64,000 nucleotides of DNA from Squalus acanthias. Its lineage: Eukaryota. Positions 1-11,156 of the stretch are shown piece after piece (positions within the stretch are counted from its first letter, which is position 1; each line of letters starts with the position of its first letter). The position numbers were made by a program, and so were the translations under genes. The notes beneath the pieces were generated by a model that had not been told where the DNA came from, ran no database searches, and worked only from the letters and a program-made list of their open reading frames with translations. The stretch spans positions 26,724,001 through 26,788,000 of the forward strand of contig CM059433.1 in NCBI GenBank assembly GCA_030390025.1, given 5' to 3'.

Positions 1-665
1 GCTACAAGCAAAAGTTAGCCGTGTGGGAATATGATGTAGTAGCAATAATGGAAATGTGGCTTAAAAATGGTGAGGACTGGGTGCTTAATATTCATGGATA
101 CAAGGTGTTCAGAAAAGATGGGGAAGGAAAAAAGGGAGGTGGGGTGGCAGTCGGTGGGAAGACATTGTAGTGTTGGAAAGAGAGGATGTCCTTGAGGGGG
201 CAAGGACAGAATCCATTTGGTTAGAGTTGAGAAACAAAGAGGGTACGATCACGTTATTGGGGTATTCTATAGGCCTCCAAATAGTGAGAGAGAGATAGAG
301 GAACAAATCTGCAGGGAAATCACAGAGATGTACAAGAACTATAGAATGGTGATATTGGGGGACTTTAATTACCCAAATAGCGATTGGAATAATGTTAGAG
401 TAAAGGGAAAGGAGGGGGAAGAATTTCTGAAATGTGTTCAGGAGAACTTCCTTGACCATTATGTTCTTGGCCCAATTAGGAAGAAGGCATTGCTGGATCT
501 GGTGCTGGAGAATGAGGTGGGCCAGGTTGACCAAGTGTCTGTGGGAGAACACTTGGGTATGAGTGATCATCATATCATAGGATTTAGATTAGTAATGGAG
601 AAGAGCAAGGTTCAATCTAAAGTAGAATTTCTAAATTGGAAGAGGCTAACTTCAATGGGATGAGA
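1..665 (+). mobile_element. CR1-clade LINE ORF2 fragment, AP-endonuclease domain (degenerate)
   Basis: ORF 217..663 has GVFYRPPN, ILGDFNYP, LDLVL and SDH APE motifs; frameshifted. Confidence 0.9.
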
Positions 666-680
666 TCCTCACTGCTTCCT

Positions 681-930
681 CACAGGGTAGATGAGGGTAG
701 TGCGTTTGATGTCGTTTATATGGACTTTAGCAAAGCTTTTGATAAGGTTCCACATGGCAGACTGGTCATGAAGTTTAAAGCCCATGGGATCCAGGGCAAA
801 GTGTCAAGTTGGATTCAAAACTGGCTCGGAGACAGGAAGCAGAGGGTAATGGTTGATGGGTGTTTTTGTGACTGGAAGGCTGTTTCCAGTGGGGTTCCGC
901 AGGGCTCAGTACTAGGTCCCTTGCTTTTTT
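681..930 (+). mobile_element. CR1 reverse transcriptase fragment
   Basis: DVVYMDFSKAFDKVPH...[14 protein letters not shown]. Confidence 0.9.
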
Positions 931-932
931 GT

Positions 933-1453
933 GCTTCCTCACAGCTTCCTCACAGCTTCCTCACTGCTTCCTCACAGCTTCCTCACAGCTTCCTCACAGC
1001 TTCCTCACTGCTTCCTCACAGTTTCCTCACTGCTTCCTCACAGCTTCCTCACAGCTTCCTCACAGCTTCCTCACTACTTCCTCACAGCTTCCTCACTGCT
1101 TCCTCAGTTTCCTCACAGTTTCCTCACTGCTTCCTCACAGTTTCCTCACAGCTTCCTCACAGCTTCCTCACAGCTTCCTCACTACTTCCTCACAGCTTCC
1201 TCACTGCTTCCTCAGTTTCCTCACAGTTTCCTCACTGCTTCCTCACAGCTTCCTCACAGCTTCCTCACAGCTTCCTCACAGCTTCCTCACTGCTTCCTCA
1301 GTTTCCTCACAGTTTCCTCACAGCTTCCTCACAGCTTCCTCACAGCTTCCTCACTGCTTCCTCAGTTTCCTCACAGTTTCCTCACAGCTTCCTCACAGCT
1401 TCCTCACAGCTTCCTCACTGCTTCCTCACAGCTTCCTCACAGTTTCCTCACTG
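933..1453. repeat. 11-bp minisatellite (cttcctcacag and variants) with local 108-bp higher-order period
   Basis: Visible tandem array; rare variant actacttc recurs at 1073 and 1181. Confidence 0.95.
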
Positions 1454-1827
1454 TGATGTGGTTAAGTCCGAAACTAGGGTCTTAAATTTAAACAAAGCCA
1501 ATTACAGAGGTATGAGGGGTGAGTTGGCTAAGATAAAATGGGAAATTAGATTAAAAGATATGATGGTAGATAAGCAATGGCAAACATTTAAAGAAGTAAT
1601 TCATAATTCACAATGAATATACATTCCCTTGAGAAACAGAGAGTAGGAATACACGGGTAATTTTCGGGATGGCAGGCTGTAACTAGTGGAGTGCCGCAAG
1701 GATCAGTGCTTGGGCCTCAGCTATTTACAATCTATATCAATGAGTTAGATGAGGGGACCGAGTGTAATATATCCAAGTTTGCTGATGATGTAAAGCAAGG
1801 TGGGAAAGTAAGCTGTGAGGTGGACAC
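1454..1827 (+). mobile_element. CR1 ORF2 fragments (post-EN linker, then RT); continue at 4303-4490 after the Harbinger insertion
   Basis: LNLNKANY..MRGELA and [22 protein letters not shown]; resumes KSLQRDID..WQM at 4303. Confidence 0.88.
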
Positions 1828-2357
1828 GTGGGGGGCGATTTTCCCAGACCCGAGGAGGCGGGTTTGGAGGCGAGATAAGCGGGAAAATCTCAAAAAATGA
1901 GTGCGGGTTCGGAACCCGCCTCCAACCCGCCTCTGCGCAATTTTGCCAGAGGCGGTTTTGCTGGGTGCGAAACGGTCCCGCCTCCAGCAGGCCAAAGAGG
2001 TTGTTAAGAGCCTTAAATGGTCGTTAAAGGCCTCTCTAATCCTATTTTGAGAGACCCTCATTATTTTTCCACATTTTCAGCATCTTCCACGACCCTTCTA
2101 AACCACGCCAGCTAATCCTGGCGGGTTGACAAGTGGGTGACCTCCTCACAGCTGCAGCTCCACCATTAAAACGGAGCTTTCATCAGGGAGCAGTTGCAGA
2201 TGCCAGAACTTTTGTTCCACAGGTCTTTCAGCACTTTTAACAGGCCTACCGAAGTCGGAGGTGCTGCAGCTTCTATCTCTCAACTGTGGGACCTCCTTGG
2301 AAGACCCTCTCCCCGCTTGGACTGAGCGCTTCCCCAACGGAGGCATCTGCCAGCAGC

Positions 2358-3602
2358 ATGGGAACCATTCGTTTCCTTTCACCATGGAGCTCAGATTCAG
2401 ATGAGGAGCATCCACGGCAGCAGCAGAACCAGGCAGCTCAGCAGCAACAGCAGCAGGAGCCCCAACCTCCTGCTCAGCCACCTGATGCTGCACAGGGCAG
2501 AAGGCACCAGCGCATCGAGGCACCTCACCGCAGGAGATACCCCCGACAGAGGGTTTACAGACAGAGGATGAGCTACCTCAACATGAGTGAGCAACAGTGC
2601 CAAAGGAGGCTGAGACTTTCGCGAGAGGTTGTCAGAGAGATCTGCGCACTGCTGCACCAAGACCTGGTGCCCAGAAGAACGGGTGGACACCCCTTACCAG
2701 TGGCTGTCAAAGTCACCACCGCACTCGACTTCTGTGCCTCAGGCTCCTTCCAGGGATCATCAGCAGACATCAGCGGCATCTCCCAGTCGGCCGTCCACAG
2801 TTGCATCACGCAGGTTACCGATGCCCTTTTCGCAAAGGCAGACAATTACATCCAGTTCTCAAGGGATCAAGCAAGTATAACCGCCCATTCGGTTGGCTTT
2901 GCAAATATGGCAGGCTTGCCAATGGTGCAGGGTGTCATAGGCTGCACACATGTGGCCCTTAGGGCACCCCATCACAACCCAGCTATCTTTGTCAACCACA
3001 AGGGCTTCCAGTCCCTCAACGTACAGCTGGCGTGTAACCACAAGAAGGAGTTCTTGCATGTTTGCGCCAAGTTCTGTGGTAGTTGCCATGACTCTTTCAT
3101 CCTGCGGAACTCTAGTGTTCCTCCGCTTTTCAATCCACCAAACCAACTTAACAGATGGCTCCTTGGTGACAAAGGCTACCCCCTGAAGAAGTGGCTAATG
3201 ACACCGATCAGGAGGCCAGCTAACGAGGCTGAAGAGCGCTACAATGCCAGCCACACTTCGACCAGGTCCATCATCGAGCAAACTATTGGGTTGTTGAAGA
3301 TGCGCTTCCGATGCCTTGACTGATCAGGTGGAGCCCGGCAGTATTCAGTAGCCAGGGTCTCCAGAATGGTCGTGGTCTGTTGTGCACTGCACAACATGGC
3401 ACAGCATCGTGGCTTGCAGCTTCCTGATGAGCAAGTGTCTCAGTTCCAAGCCTCCTCAGATGAGGATGAGGAGGAGGAGGAGGAGCAGGCTGAGGAGGAG
3501 GAGGACCAAGCGCCGGTCTATCAACCAGCAGCAGCGGCAGCACGCGAGCACATGGCTGCCCGTGATGCAAGGGATGCACTTATCCTGGCCAGATTTGCAT
3601 AG
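2358..3602 (+). pseudogene. Harbinger (HARBI1-like, DDE_Tnp_4) transposase with one nonsense codon and a catalytic D>G change
   Basis: Motifs [14 protein letters not shown] (normally IDCTH), [57 protein letters not shown] at 3321-3323 and the same frame continues SGGARQY..VVCCALHN to 3602. Confidence 0.9.
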
Positions 3603-3783
3603 GTTGCCCATGTTGGCACATGTCCTTGGCTCCATCTTAAGACATCATAGACAATAGACATGACTCTCTGGCCTCCTTTCACTGTGGCCACCAACCTGAC
3701 AATGCAAGTGTCGCGGAGCCCGCAATGTGGAGCTGCCTAAGGCGAAGGAACAGATGCCATGACGCCAACATTTTGCCATCAAA

Positions 3784-4029
3784 TCATTTTAATGCTTTCC
3801 AACAGGGATGGCATTTCATCAATACACATAAACATTTACCCAATCTGCACACAGATCTGGAGGTTCTATCCCTTGCCAGCTGGACCCACACAGCATTCCT
3901 TTTTTTGGGAGGCCTTTTCCTCCCAGATGAGTGGAAGAGCACCTCCCTGCTAGTTCTCACCCCCTCAACCAACATTTGCAGCGCTTCATCCGAGAACCTC
4001 GGGGAGGCCCTTGCCTTGGAATTGGACAT
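3784..4029 (-). pseudogene. Harbinger Myb/SANT-like DNA-binding protein, truncated N-terminal part
   Basis: RASPRFSDEALQMLVEGV..REVLF...W, a trihelix/Myb_DNA-bind-like start, convergent with the transposase. Confidence 0.8.
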
Positions 4030-4302
4030 AGTGGTTTCTCAAAAGATGTTGCAGGTGGTGCAGCATCGACAGAAATCCAGTGGAATGATCCAAGGCAGCA
4101 AGCAGCCCTTAAATCAGGCTGGAAAAGTGATGTCAGCAGAGGCGAGTTTCAGTCCCAAAACACTAATTGACCAAGGGCAAACCACACCTCTGAAATCAAC
4201 TGGCCAATCAGGGGAAAATCGCAATTTTTTCAAACCTATCAGTGGAGGTGGGTTTGGGACCTACCCAAAACAAAACCTGCCTCCAGTGGGAAAATCGCCC
4301 CC

Positions 4303-4490
4303 AAAGAGCTTGCAAAGGGATATAGACTGGTTAAGTAATTGGTCAAGAAGGTGGCAGATGGAGAATAATGTGGGGAAATGTGAAATTATCCACTTTTGTA
4401 GGAAGAATGGAAAATCAGAATATTTTTTAAAAAGGTGAGAGACTAGAAAATGTTGGTATTGAGAGGGATTTGGATGTCCTTGTACACTGA
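4303..4490 (+). mobile_element. CR1 RT fragment (continuation of 1640-1827)
   Basis: LQRDIDWLSNWSRRWQMENNVGKCEIIHF. Confidence 0.85.
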
Positions 4491-4570
4491 AGTCCCACAT
4501 CCCTTTTATAGTGAGAATATGTTACCCTGTGATTGTGCAATCTGGCCACTTGGTTCCCACAAATTACTTA

Positions 4571-5170
4571 GGGGGAAAATTTGGTTGGTTAGCGCCTCCC
4601 GCCTTAGGGGAAAAAAATTGGGTATCGCCCATTTTGGGGTGCTAATATCGGCCGGGCGCAAAGGTTAGTGCCCGGCGCTAATTATCATCTCTGATTGCAA
4701 AATTTGCCTCTCTCGCCCCTGGAGGTGATTTGTGCGTTAAATCAGGCGCTACACACCTCTCTTAAGGCGCTAATGTCGGGGAGCGAGGCGCTACCTCAGA
4801 ACGCTACCGAAGCTCAGGCGATGACAGTTACCATGGAAGCCAGACAGACTGGCGCCGTCCAGTTCTTAAAGGGGAGGGTCCATCTTGCTAGCCAGCCACA
4901 CCCTGCTCATTGCAGCCTTGAATCTCGGCCTGGAGAGACCTCTAAAGCAATTGTGTTGGAAGCACTAATGGATAGGCCCAGGGAAAGAGCTCGGCGCTTA
5001 GGAACCTCAAAAGTGGTGCTGAGGGCCAAAACTCCTTAGGACAGTGTTAAATCTCTCCAGACGTCTCTCCCTCTTAACTTGCATGTACCAAAAATTTTGC
5101 CGACAAGAAAAGGCAGGAAACACCCGCCTTTAAATAGTGCTCCCCCAGCCCCTTCCCAACTTAAAAACGT
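4571..5170 (+). mobile_element. Non-autonomous Harbinger-like element fragments (same family as 37043-37931)
   Basis: 4607-5150 aligns to the reverse complement of ~37330-37931; 4571-4603 matches the opposite end (37043 onward). Confidence 0.8.
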
Positions 5171-5234
5171 TCCTCTCTACTGGGAACCAAGTGACCAGAT
5201 TGCACAATCACAGGGTAACATATTCTCACTATAA

Positions 5235-5645
5235 AAGGAATGTGGGACTTCAGTTATGTGGAGAGACTAGAGAAGCTGGAATTGTTCTCCTCAGAGCAGA
5301 GAAGGATAAGGGGAGATTTAATAGAGGTGTTCAAAATTATGAAGGGTTTTGATAGAGTAAATAAGGAGGAACTGTTTCCTCAGGCAGGAGGGTCACAGAT
5401 TTAAAATAATTGGCAAAAGTACCAGAGGGGAGAAGAGGAGAGTATCTTTTTGCAGTGAGTTGTTATGATCTGGAATGCACTGCCTGAAAGGGTGGTGCAA
5501 GCAGATTCAATAGTAACTTTAAATGGGAATTGGATATATACGTGAAAAAGAAAAATTTGCAGAACTAATTGGATAGCTCTTCAAAGAGCTTGGACAGACA
5601 CGATGGGCCAAATAGCCTCATTCTGTGCTGTAAGATTCTATGATA
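5235..5645 (+). mobile_element. CR1 3' end
   Basis: LEKLELFS..RGDLIEVFKIMKG remnant and 3' tail gggccaaatagcctcattctgtgctg..attctatgat. Confidence 0.85.
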
Positions 5646-5762
5646 AGAAAACTGCTGTTGTGTGTCACAAAGCATGACACCTTACGTGAGTAACAGGTAC
5701 TGCATGTGCTTATAATGAGTTTTTAATAAAATGTACACCCCTTGTACCACATTTAATACAAT

Positions 5763-6505
5763 GGGCCAAAAATTCGGCACTTGCCGGGTGAGTACGCGCT
5801 GTGTACTCACCCGCAAGGCCTCCTGAAGTGCCGGTTTCCTGCATGCACTGCGCATGCGCGGGAAACCGGAACTTCCGGTCTGGTGAAGGGAGCGGTTCAG
5901 AGGTGAACCGCGTGCGCGGTAGAGGCTGCGCGCACGCAGCAAACTTAGGTTTTTTTTCAGGTTTCTCCAGGAGGGTAAGTATTGAAGAACCTGCGCTTTT
6001 AAAAAGGAGGCGCAGGACCCGTTTTCAACAAGGTAAGTGGTTAATTAATTATAATTTAAAAAAATTTTCAACAGGTTTATCTTTTTTAGATACTTTAAAG
6101 AAAGGTAAGTTTATTTTTAGCACTGTTACAAAAATTTAAATTTTTGTTTAAAGTAGTTAATTTATTTAACTTATAGTTATTTTATAAATGTGATGGGGTT
6201 TTTTTTAATTTATTTGCAGTTTAGCTGTTCTTTTGGGGCTGATTTCAGTTCATAGATTTGACAGGTCCTGTCAAATCTATGAATGAAAGATGGTCTGCTG
6301 CCATTGGCTCTCCATGGCTACGTGATCCCAGGGGACGCATCGCACTAACTACGCCCCGGGACACGCAAGCACTGCGCGCCGGCACTTGGAGCAGGCCCAG
6401 GAGCTGAAGTTCCCGTGGGCCCAGAGGTCAACGGCAGGCGCGGTAGGTAAGTGCGCGCGCGATCCTTACCCCCGCGGCAAGCCGGAGAGGCGAATTTCAG
6501 GGCCC
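5763..6505. mobile_element. Harbinger-like MITE (GC-rich ends, AT-rich core, internal palindrome)
   Basis: Imperfect TIRs gggccaaaaattcg / cgaatttcagggccc; perfect 17-bp IR at 6249-6283. Confidence 0.7.
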
Positions 6506-7502
6506 ATATATAATAGATAGGTAGGCAGGTTGGGATGGAGGAAGGTAGCTGTATGTAGGTAGTAGGTACGTTGGATGAGTGCATCGTTTCTGAAATACAT
6601 TCAAATTGCTCCAAATCACTGGCTTATTAGCAGATTTTGTGAGTGTTTAAAAATGTCACCAAAAATCTGACACCCAGTATAACATTGGGGAAGAACAAAC
6701 TGGCAGAGTTCAACCCAAATACAACTTTCTGCTCAAACTCAAACTTCTGACTATTCACAATCAGTTAGAAACTGATGGTCAGAGGATTCCCCTCTATGCT
6801 CATACATTTAGATTTATAAGTTATTACCCCCATACCATACAACATTCTTCAATGTAGTTGTTGGGAAGGTGACTAGTACGCAGGACCGATTTCCAAGAGG
6901 TACATGGTAAACGAGGATTAATGTGCCGCACAAATTTCCCTTCTTCAGGAGAAAAGATTCAGCTGTGCTAGCTGCATCTCCCAGGTGACATCAGGAATGT
7001 CAAGGAAAACCATGTCTATTTCATGACTCTTCAGTATAGTACATCAGTGCAGTAAAGCAGTGCCATCAGACTTGCCCAGTCATTCCAATTTCAGCAGAGA
7101 TTATTACATTTTTGAAAAATCACAATCAATTGTTATATTCATCAAAATGTCCTCTCATATTGTAAGACAAGATGCTTTCCAGACTGGAGCAGATTGTTCC
7201 TTTAGTTGAGATAATGGGTTAGGACAGGATTTAGTCATGCAGGAGGGCTTTTTCCATACATCATCTGTTCTAATAGCATTCTTTCTAAAAAAAAATCTGC
7301 AGTTAAGGGTGCTACATAAGTGCTGTAATGTGAACATTCCAGCTCCCTCTAGTGGACCAGATTCATCTCAAGTAACTGGACCAGCCAAACCTGAGGCTAT
7401 AACTGAAGGAAATAACCAGTTTTTAGCTGAACAGATGTTAACAGCTTCCCTAACTGAAGCAACAATGCCACATAACAAACAGTTAATATCAACATTGATG
7501 CT

Positions 7503-7608
7503 ACATTGATGTACTCTTTGTTAGTATAGCAGGTCGTTAAACAGGGGGATTTTTTTGTAGAGCCCCCTGTTTAACGACCTGTTATACTAACAAAGAGTAT
7601 ATCAATGT
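7503..7608. repeat. 46-bp inverted repeat with 14-nt loop
   Basis: Arms 7503-7548 and 7563-7608, 2 mismatches. Confidence 0.95.
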
Positions 7609-7867
7609 GAAGCAGTTTCGACTGTGGGTCATTATACTGTGTGTACAGTATAATTCAGATGCAAAGTTACTCAAAGCACACTTCAGCAAGAGGTGCGAGA
7701 CCACCTCCACTTACATGCAGTGGGTGCAAAATTACATGTTAGAATGTCTTTAATGTCTCTTAACATTAAAATCTAACCAAAAATTGAAATGCGGAGAAGT
7801 AGTGCTCTGTGTATATTATCCAATAACAATGCCCACTTCAATCATCTGTGATGTGCAAAATACATTT

Positions 7868-9230
7868 TTATTTATTCATTCTTGGGATATGGGCATCATC
7901 GGCAAGACTAGCATTTATTGCCCATCCCTATTTGCCCTTGAGAAGGTGGTATGAGCTGCCTTCTTGAACCACTGCAGTCCGTGTGGTGAAGGTGCTCCCA
8001 CAACGCTGTTAGGTAGGGAGTTCCAGGATTTTCACACAGTGACAATGAAGGAATGGTGATATATGGTGTGTGACCTGGAGGGGAACTTGGAAGAGATGGT
8101 GTTCCCATGCGTCTGCTGCCCTTGACCGTCTAGATGGTAGAGTCCGCGGGGTTTGGGAGGTGCTGTCGAAGAAGCTGTGGCGAGTTGCTGCAGTGCATCT
8201 TGTAGATGGTACACACTGCAGCCACGGTACGCCGGTGGTGGAGGGAGGGAATGTTTAAGGTGGTGGATGGGGTGCCAATCAAGCGGGCTTCTTTGTCCTG
8301 GATGGTGTCGAGCTTCTTCAGTGTTGTTGGAACTGCACTCATCCAGGCAAGTGGAGAGTATTCCACCACACTCCTGACTTGTGTCTTGTAGATGGTGGAA
8401 AGGCTTTGGGGAGTGGGGAGGTGAGCCACTCACCACTGAATACTCAGCCTCTGACGTACTCTGGTAGCCACGGCATTTTGTGGCAGGTCCAGTTGAATTT
8501 CTGATAAATGGTGACCCCAGGATGTTGATGGTAGGGAATTCGGTAATGTTATTGCCATTGAATGTCAAGAGGTGCTTAGACTTTATCTTGTTGAATATGG
8601 TCATTGCCTGGCACTTGTGTGGCACAAATGTTACTTGTCACTTATCAGCCCAAGCCTGGATGTTGTCCAGGTCTTGCTGCATGCTGGCATGGACTGCTTC
8701 ATTATCTAAGATATTGTGAATGGAACTGTTCAATCATCAGCGAACAGCCCACTTCATATGTTATGATAGCAGGAAGGTCACTGGCGAAGTAGCTGAAGAT
8801 ACTCGGGACTAGGATGCTACCCTGAGGGACTCCTGCAGCAATGACCTGGGGCTGCAATGATTGGCATTCAATAACTACCGCTATCTTCCTCTGTGCTAGG
8901 TATGACTCCAGCTACTGGAGAGTTTTCCCCCTGATCCCCATTGACTTCAGTTTTACTAGGGCTCCATGGTGTCACACTCGGTCGAATGCTGCCTTATTGT
9001 CAAGGGCAGTCGCTCTCACCTCATCTCAAGAATTCAGCTCTTTTGTCAATATTTGTACCAAGGCTGTAATAAGGTCTGGAGCTGAGTGGTTCTTACGGAA
9101 CCAAATTGAGCATCAGTGAGCAGGTTATTGGTGAGTAGGTGTCGCTTGTTAGCACTGTCGACAACTCCATCCATCACTTTGCTGATGATTGAGAGTAGGC
9201 TGATAGGACGGTAATTGGCCGGGTTGGATT
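7868..9230 (-). mobile_element. CR1-clade (Zenon-like) LINE, RT C-terminus and 3' end
   Basis: VEYSPLAWMSA..LKKLDTIQDK..LHHRRTVAAVCTIYKMH; A-rich 3' end at ~7868. Confidence 0.8.
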
Positions 9231-9600
9231 ATCTATTTCAATGTCTCCCAAACCAAGCAGCAACCTAACAACTTCCTCACATACCACAATAGGCAGAAAC
9301 AGTCCATTAACGGTTCCCATGCTATGATCCCATAAACACAAGATAACCACAGGAGACAGTATGTGTCTTCCTTCGTGGTTTTATCAAGGACATTTCACAA
9401 ACTGCTGATAACAACTTTGAATCCAAAAGGCCTATTATTTAGAAAAGTACTTTGCTTACATATCTCTCATATTGAGCATAAGGAATTTACCTTATGCTCA
9501 CACGTCCACCCCAACCTCACACGTCCATGGCTCGGAAGTGCAATACATCAATTTGCATATTCTGTTTTTTATACATTGAGGGTGCTACACAAAGCATTAG

Positions 9601-9700
9601 AATAGCAACAGAAAACACTGGAATCACTCAGCAGGCCAGACAGCATCCGTGGAGAGAGAAACAGAGTTAACGTTTCAGGTCGATGACCCTTGGTCAGAAC
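9601..9700 (-). mobile_element. PLE family-2 pLTR fragment with mutated hammerhead core
   Basis: Similar to 18178-18274; minus strand gttCTGACCAagggtcatcgacctGAAAcgttaact. Confidence 0.7.
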
Positions 9701-10099
9701 ATTTATTAGAATAGCAATGACGATAAGAACATACATTACATGAGAACACATTGACATTTAATTTGACATTAAATTACCGAATGAAATGTCACCGTATTCC
9801 CACTGTTGCTCAACTAGATACAGAAAACTGCTCAGAGCCAGCTGGGAGCCAGCTGGGAGAAATTATATAATTTCCAATGCATGGCATGCATTGCACTAGT
9901 AGGAAAGAAATGCCGCTTGGAAAACGAACCCCAGTTTGTCTCCAAAATAAAGCTAAGATCTCCATCAAAATTCCTTTATGATCAAAACATTATTTGAATT
10001 TACTGGTTGTAGTATTTAAGAAGGTCCTTACTCTTGGGAACGCTTAGCTCTCTGGGCACAAAAGGCAGGAAGAAGGGATGGAGACCTGTTTCACCTCTT

Positions 10100-10470
10100 T
10101 AACATAGTTCCAGGATTTCCGGAGCGATGCAGAGCATGGCCTGCAGCTGCAGTGGACACAGGCCCAGTGGAACTATTCAAGTGCGGCAGCTAGGAGCATT
10201 CCCAGCCTCCCACCTCATTCTCTAGTCTGAATGTCAGCTGGTCACCCCAGGGCAGGGATGCCCTGAACATGGTGCTGCAGCTTGCCCCTGGAGTCCTCCT
10301 GACTGGAGGGTCCATGAAGGTCCTGGGCAGGCCAAAGACTGCAAGGTAAAGCCAGGTGAAGAAGTTTAAGCTTCCCCCACATGATCATGCAATGGAATGA
10401 GGGTCTTTTGGCTGCTGGCATTGTTAGCCAGCAGGTCCCAATCACCAAAGTCCCAGATATAGCTGCATTT
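10100..10470 (-). pseudogene. Highly degenerate Harbinger transposase remnant
   Basis: Traces of VIG(D)T, FH(S), and SGG.LQ motifs in the expected order across frames. Confidence 0.4.
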
Positions 10471-10474
10471 CTCA

Positions 10475-10686
10475 AGTGAAGTTAGGAAACACTTCTACAC
10501 GCAAAGGCTAGTATAAGTTTGGAACTCTCTTCCGCAAACAGCAGTTAATGCTGGGTCAATTGTTAATTTTTAATCTGAGATATGGGGCAAAGGCGGGTAT
10601 ATGGAGTTAGGTCACAGATCAGCCATGATCTAATTGAATGGCGGAACAGGCTCGAGGGGCTAAATGGCCTACTCCTGTTCCTATGT
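10475..10686 (+). mobile_element. CR1 3' end
   Basis: EVRKHFYTQR and 3' UTR ..ggcggaacaggctcgaggggctaaatggcctactcctgttcctatgt. Confidence 0.85.
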
Positions 10687-11156
10687 AATAGCACGGCTCT
10701 CGTTGATCCACTCAATATGGTCAACCATTCCGGATTAATTTGAATTTTCCTTACACCAACTCACTGGTGTAAAGAGTGGACAGCAGATACTCCAGTAAAT
10801 CAGCACATCAACTCCAACCATTCAGACCGCTTGATTGGCACCCCATCCACCACCTTAAACATTTACTCCCTCCACCACCGGCGCACCGTGTCCAGACAGG
10901 ATTCGACTGGCCACGTCATAGCTGGGCACTTCTCAACTGCTTTCAAAATGGACAGGGACACTGTGTCTCAAATCCACCTATGGGGCCTTTGTGACGATGA
11001 CAAATGCTCTTGCAGACTAATACAAACCATGTCTCACATCCTTGAATCGTGCCTACTAACTGAAATATCTGTCTGATGGCCTATACAATGCTGCTAATGA
11101 TAATGCTCCAAGAAGGCTGGAATTAAATGCTGAATCTGTATATGCTAAATAAATAA
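10687..11156 (+). mobile_element. Vingi/Ingi-like LINE 3' end (degenerate)
   Basis: GFDWPRHSWALLN..GQGHC...CSC..QTMSHILESC, a CCHC-type C-terminus; ends taaataaataa. Confidence 0.65.

Larger units (their letters stand above)
1831..4302 (+). mobile_element. PIF/Harbinger DNA transposon, near full length, defective
   Basis: Perfect 16-bp TIRs gggggcgattttccca (1831-1846 / 4287-4302); convergent transposase and Myb/SANT ORFs; interrupts a CR1 RT sequence. Confidence 0.93.

Noticed and set aside
636..1616. 326-aa, 175-aa and 184-aa ORFs with SSQLPHSFLTA repeats
   Set aside because: Artefact of a stop-free 11-bp minisatellite bridging CR1 fragments
2286..3323. Domesticated HARBI1 host gene
   Set aside because: Flanked by TIRs, paired with a Myb ORF, inserted in a CR1, and carries a nonsense codon
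3725..4438. 237-aa ORF
   Set aside because: Antisense of the Myb stub, runs through the TIR into CR1; chance fusion
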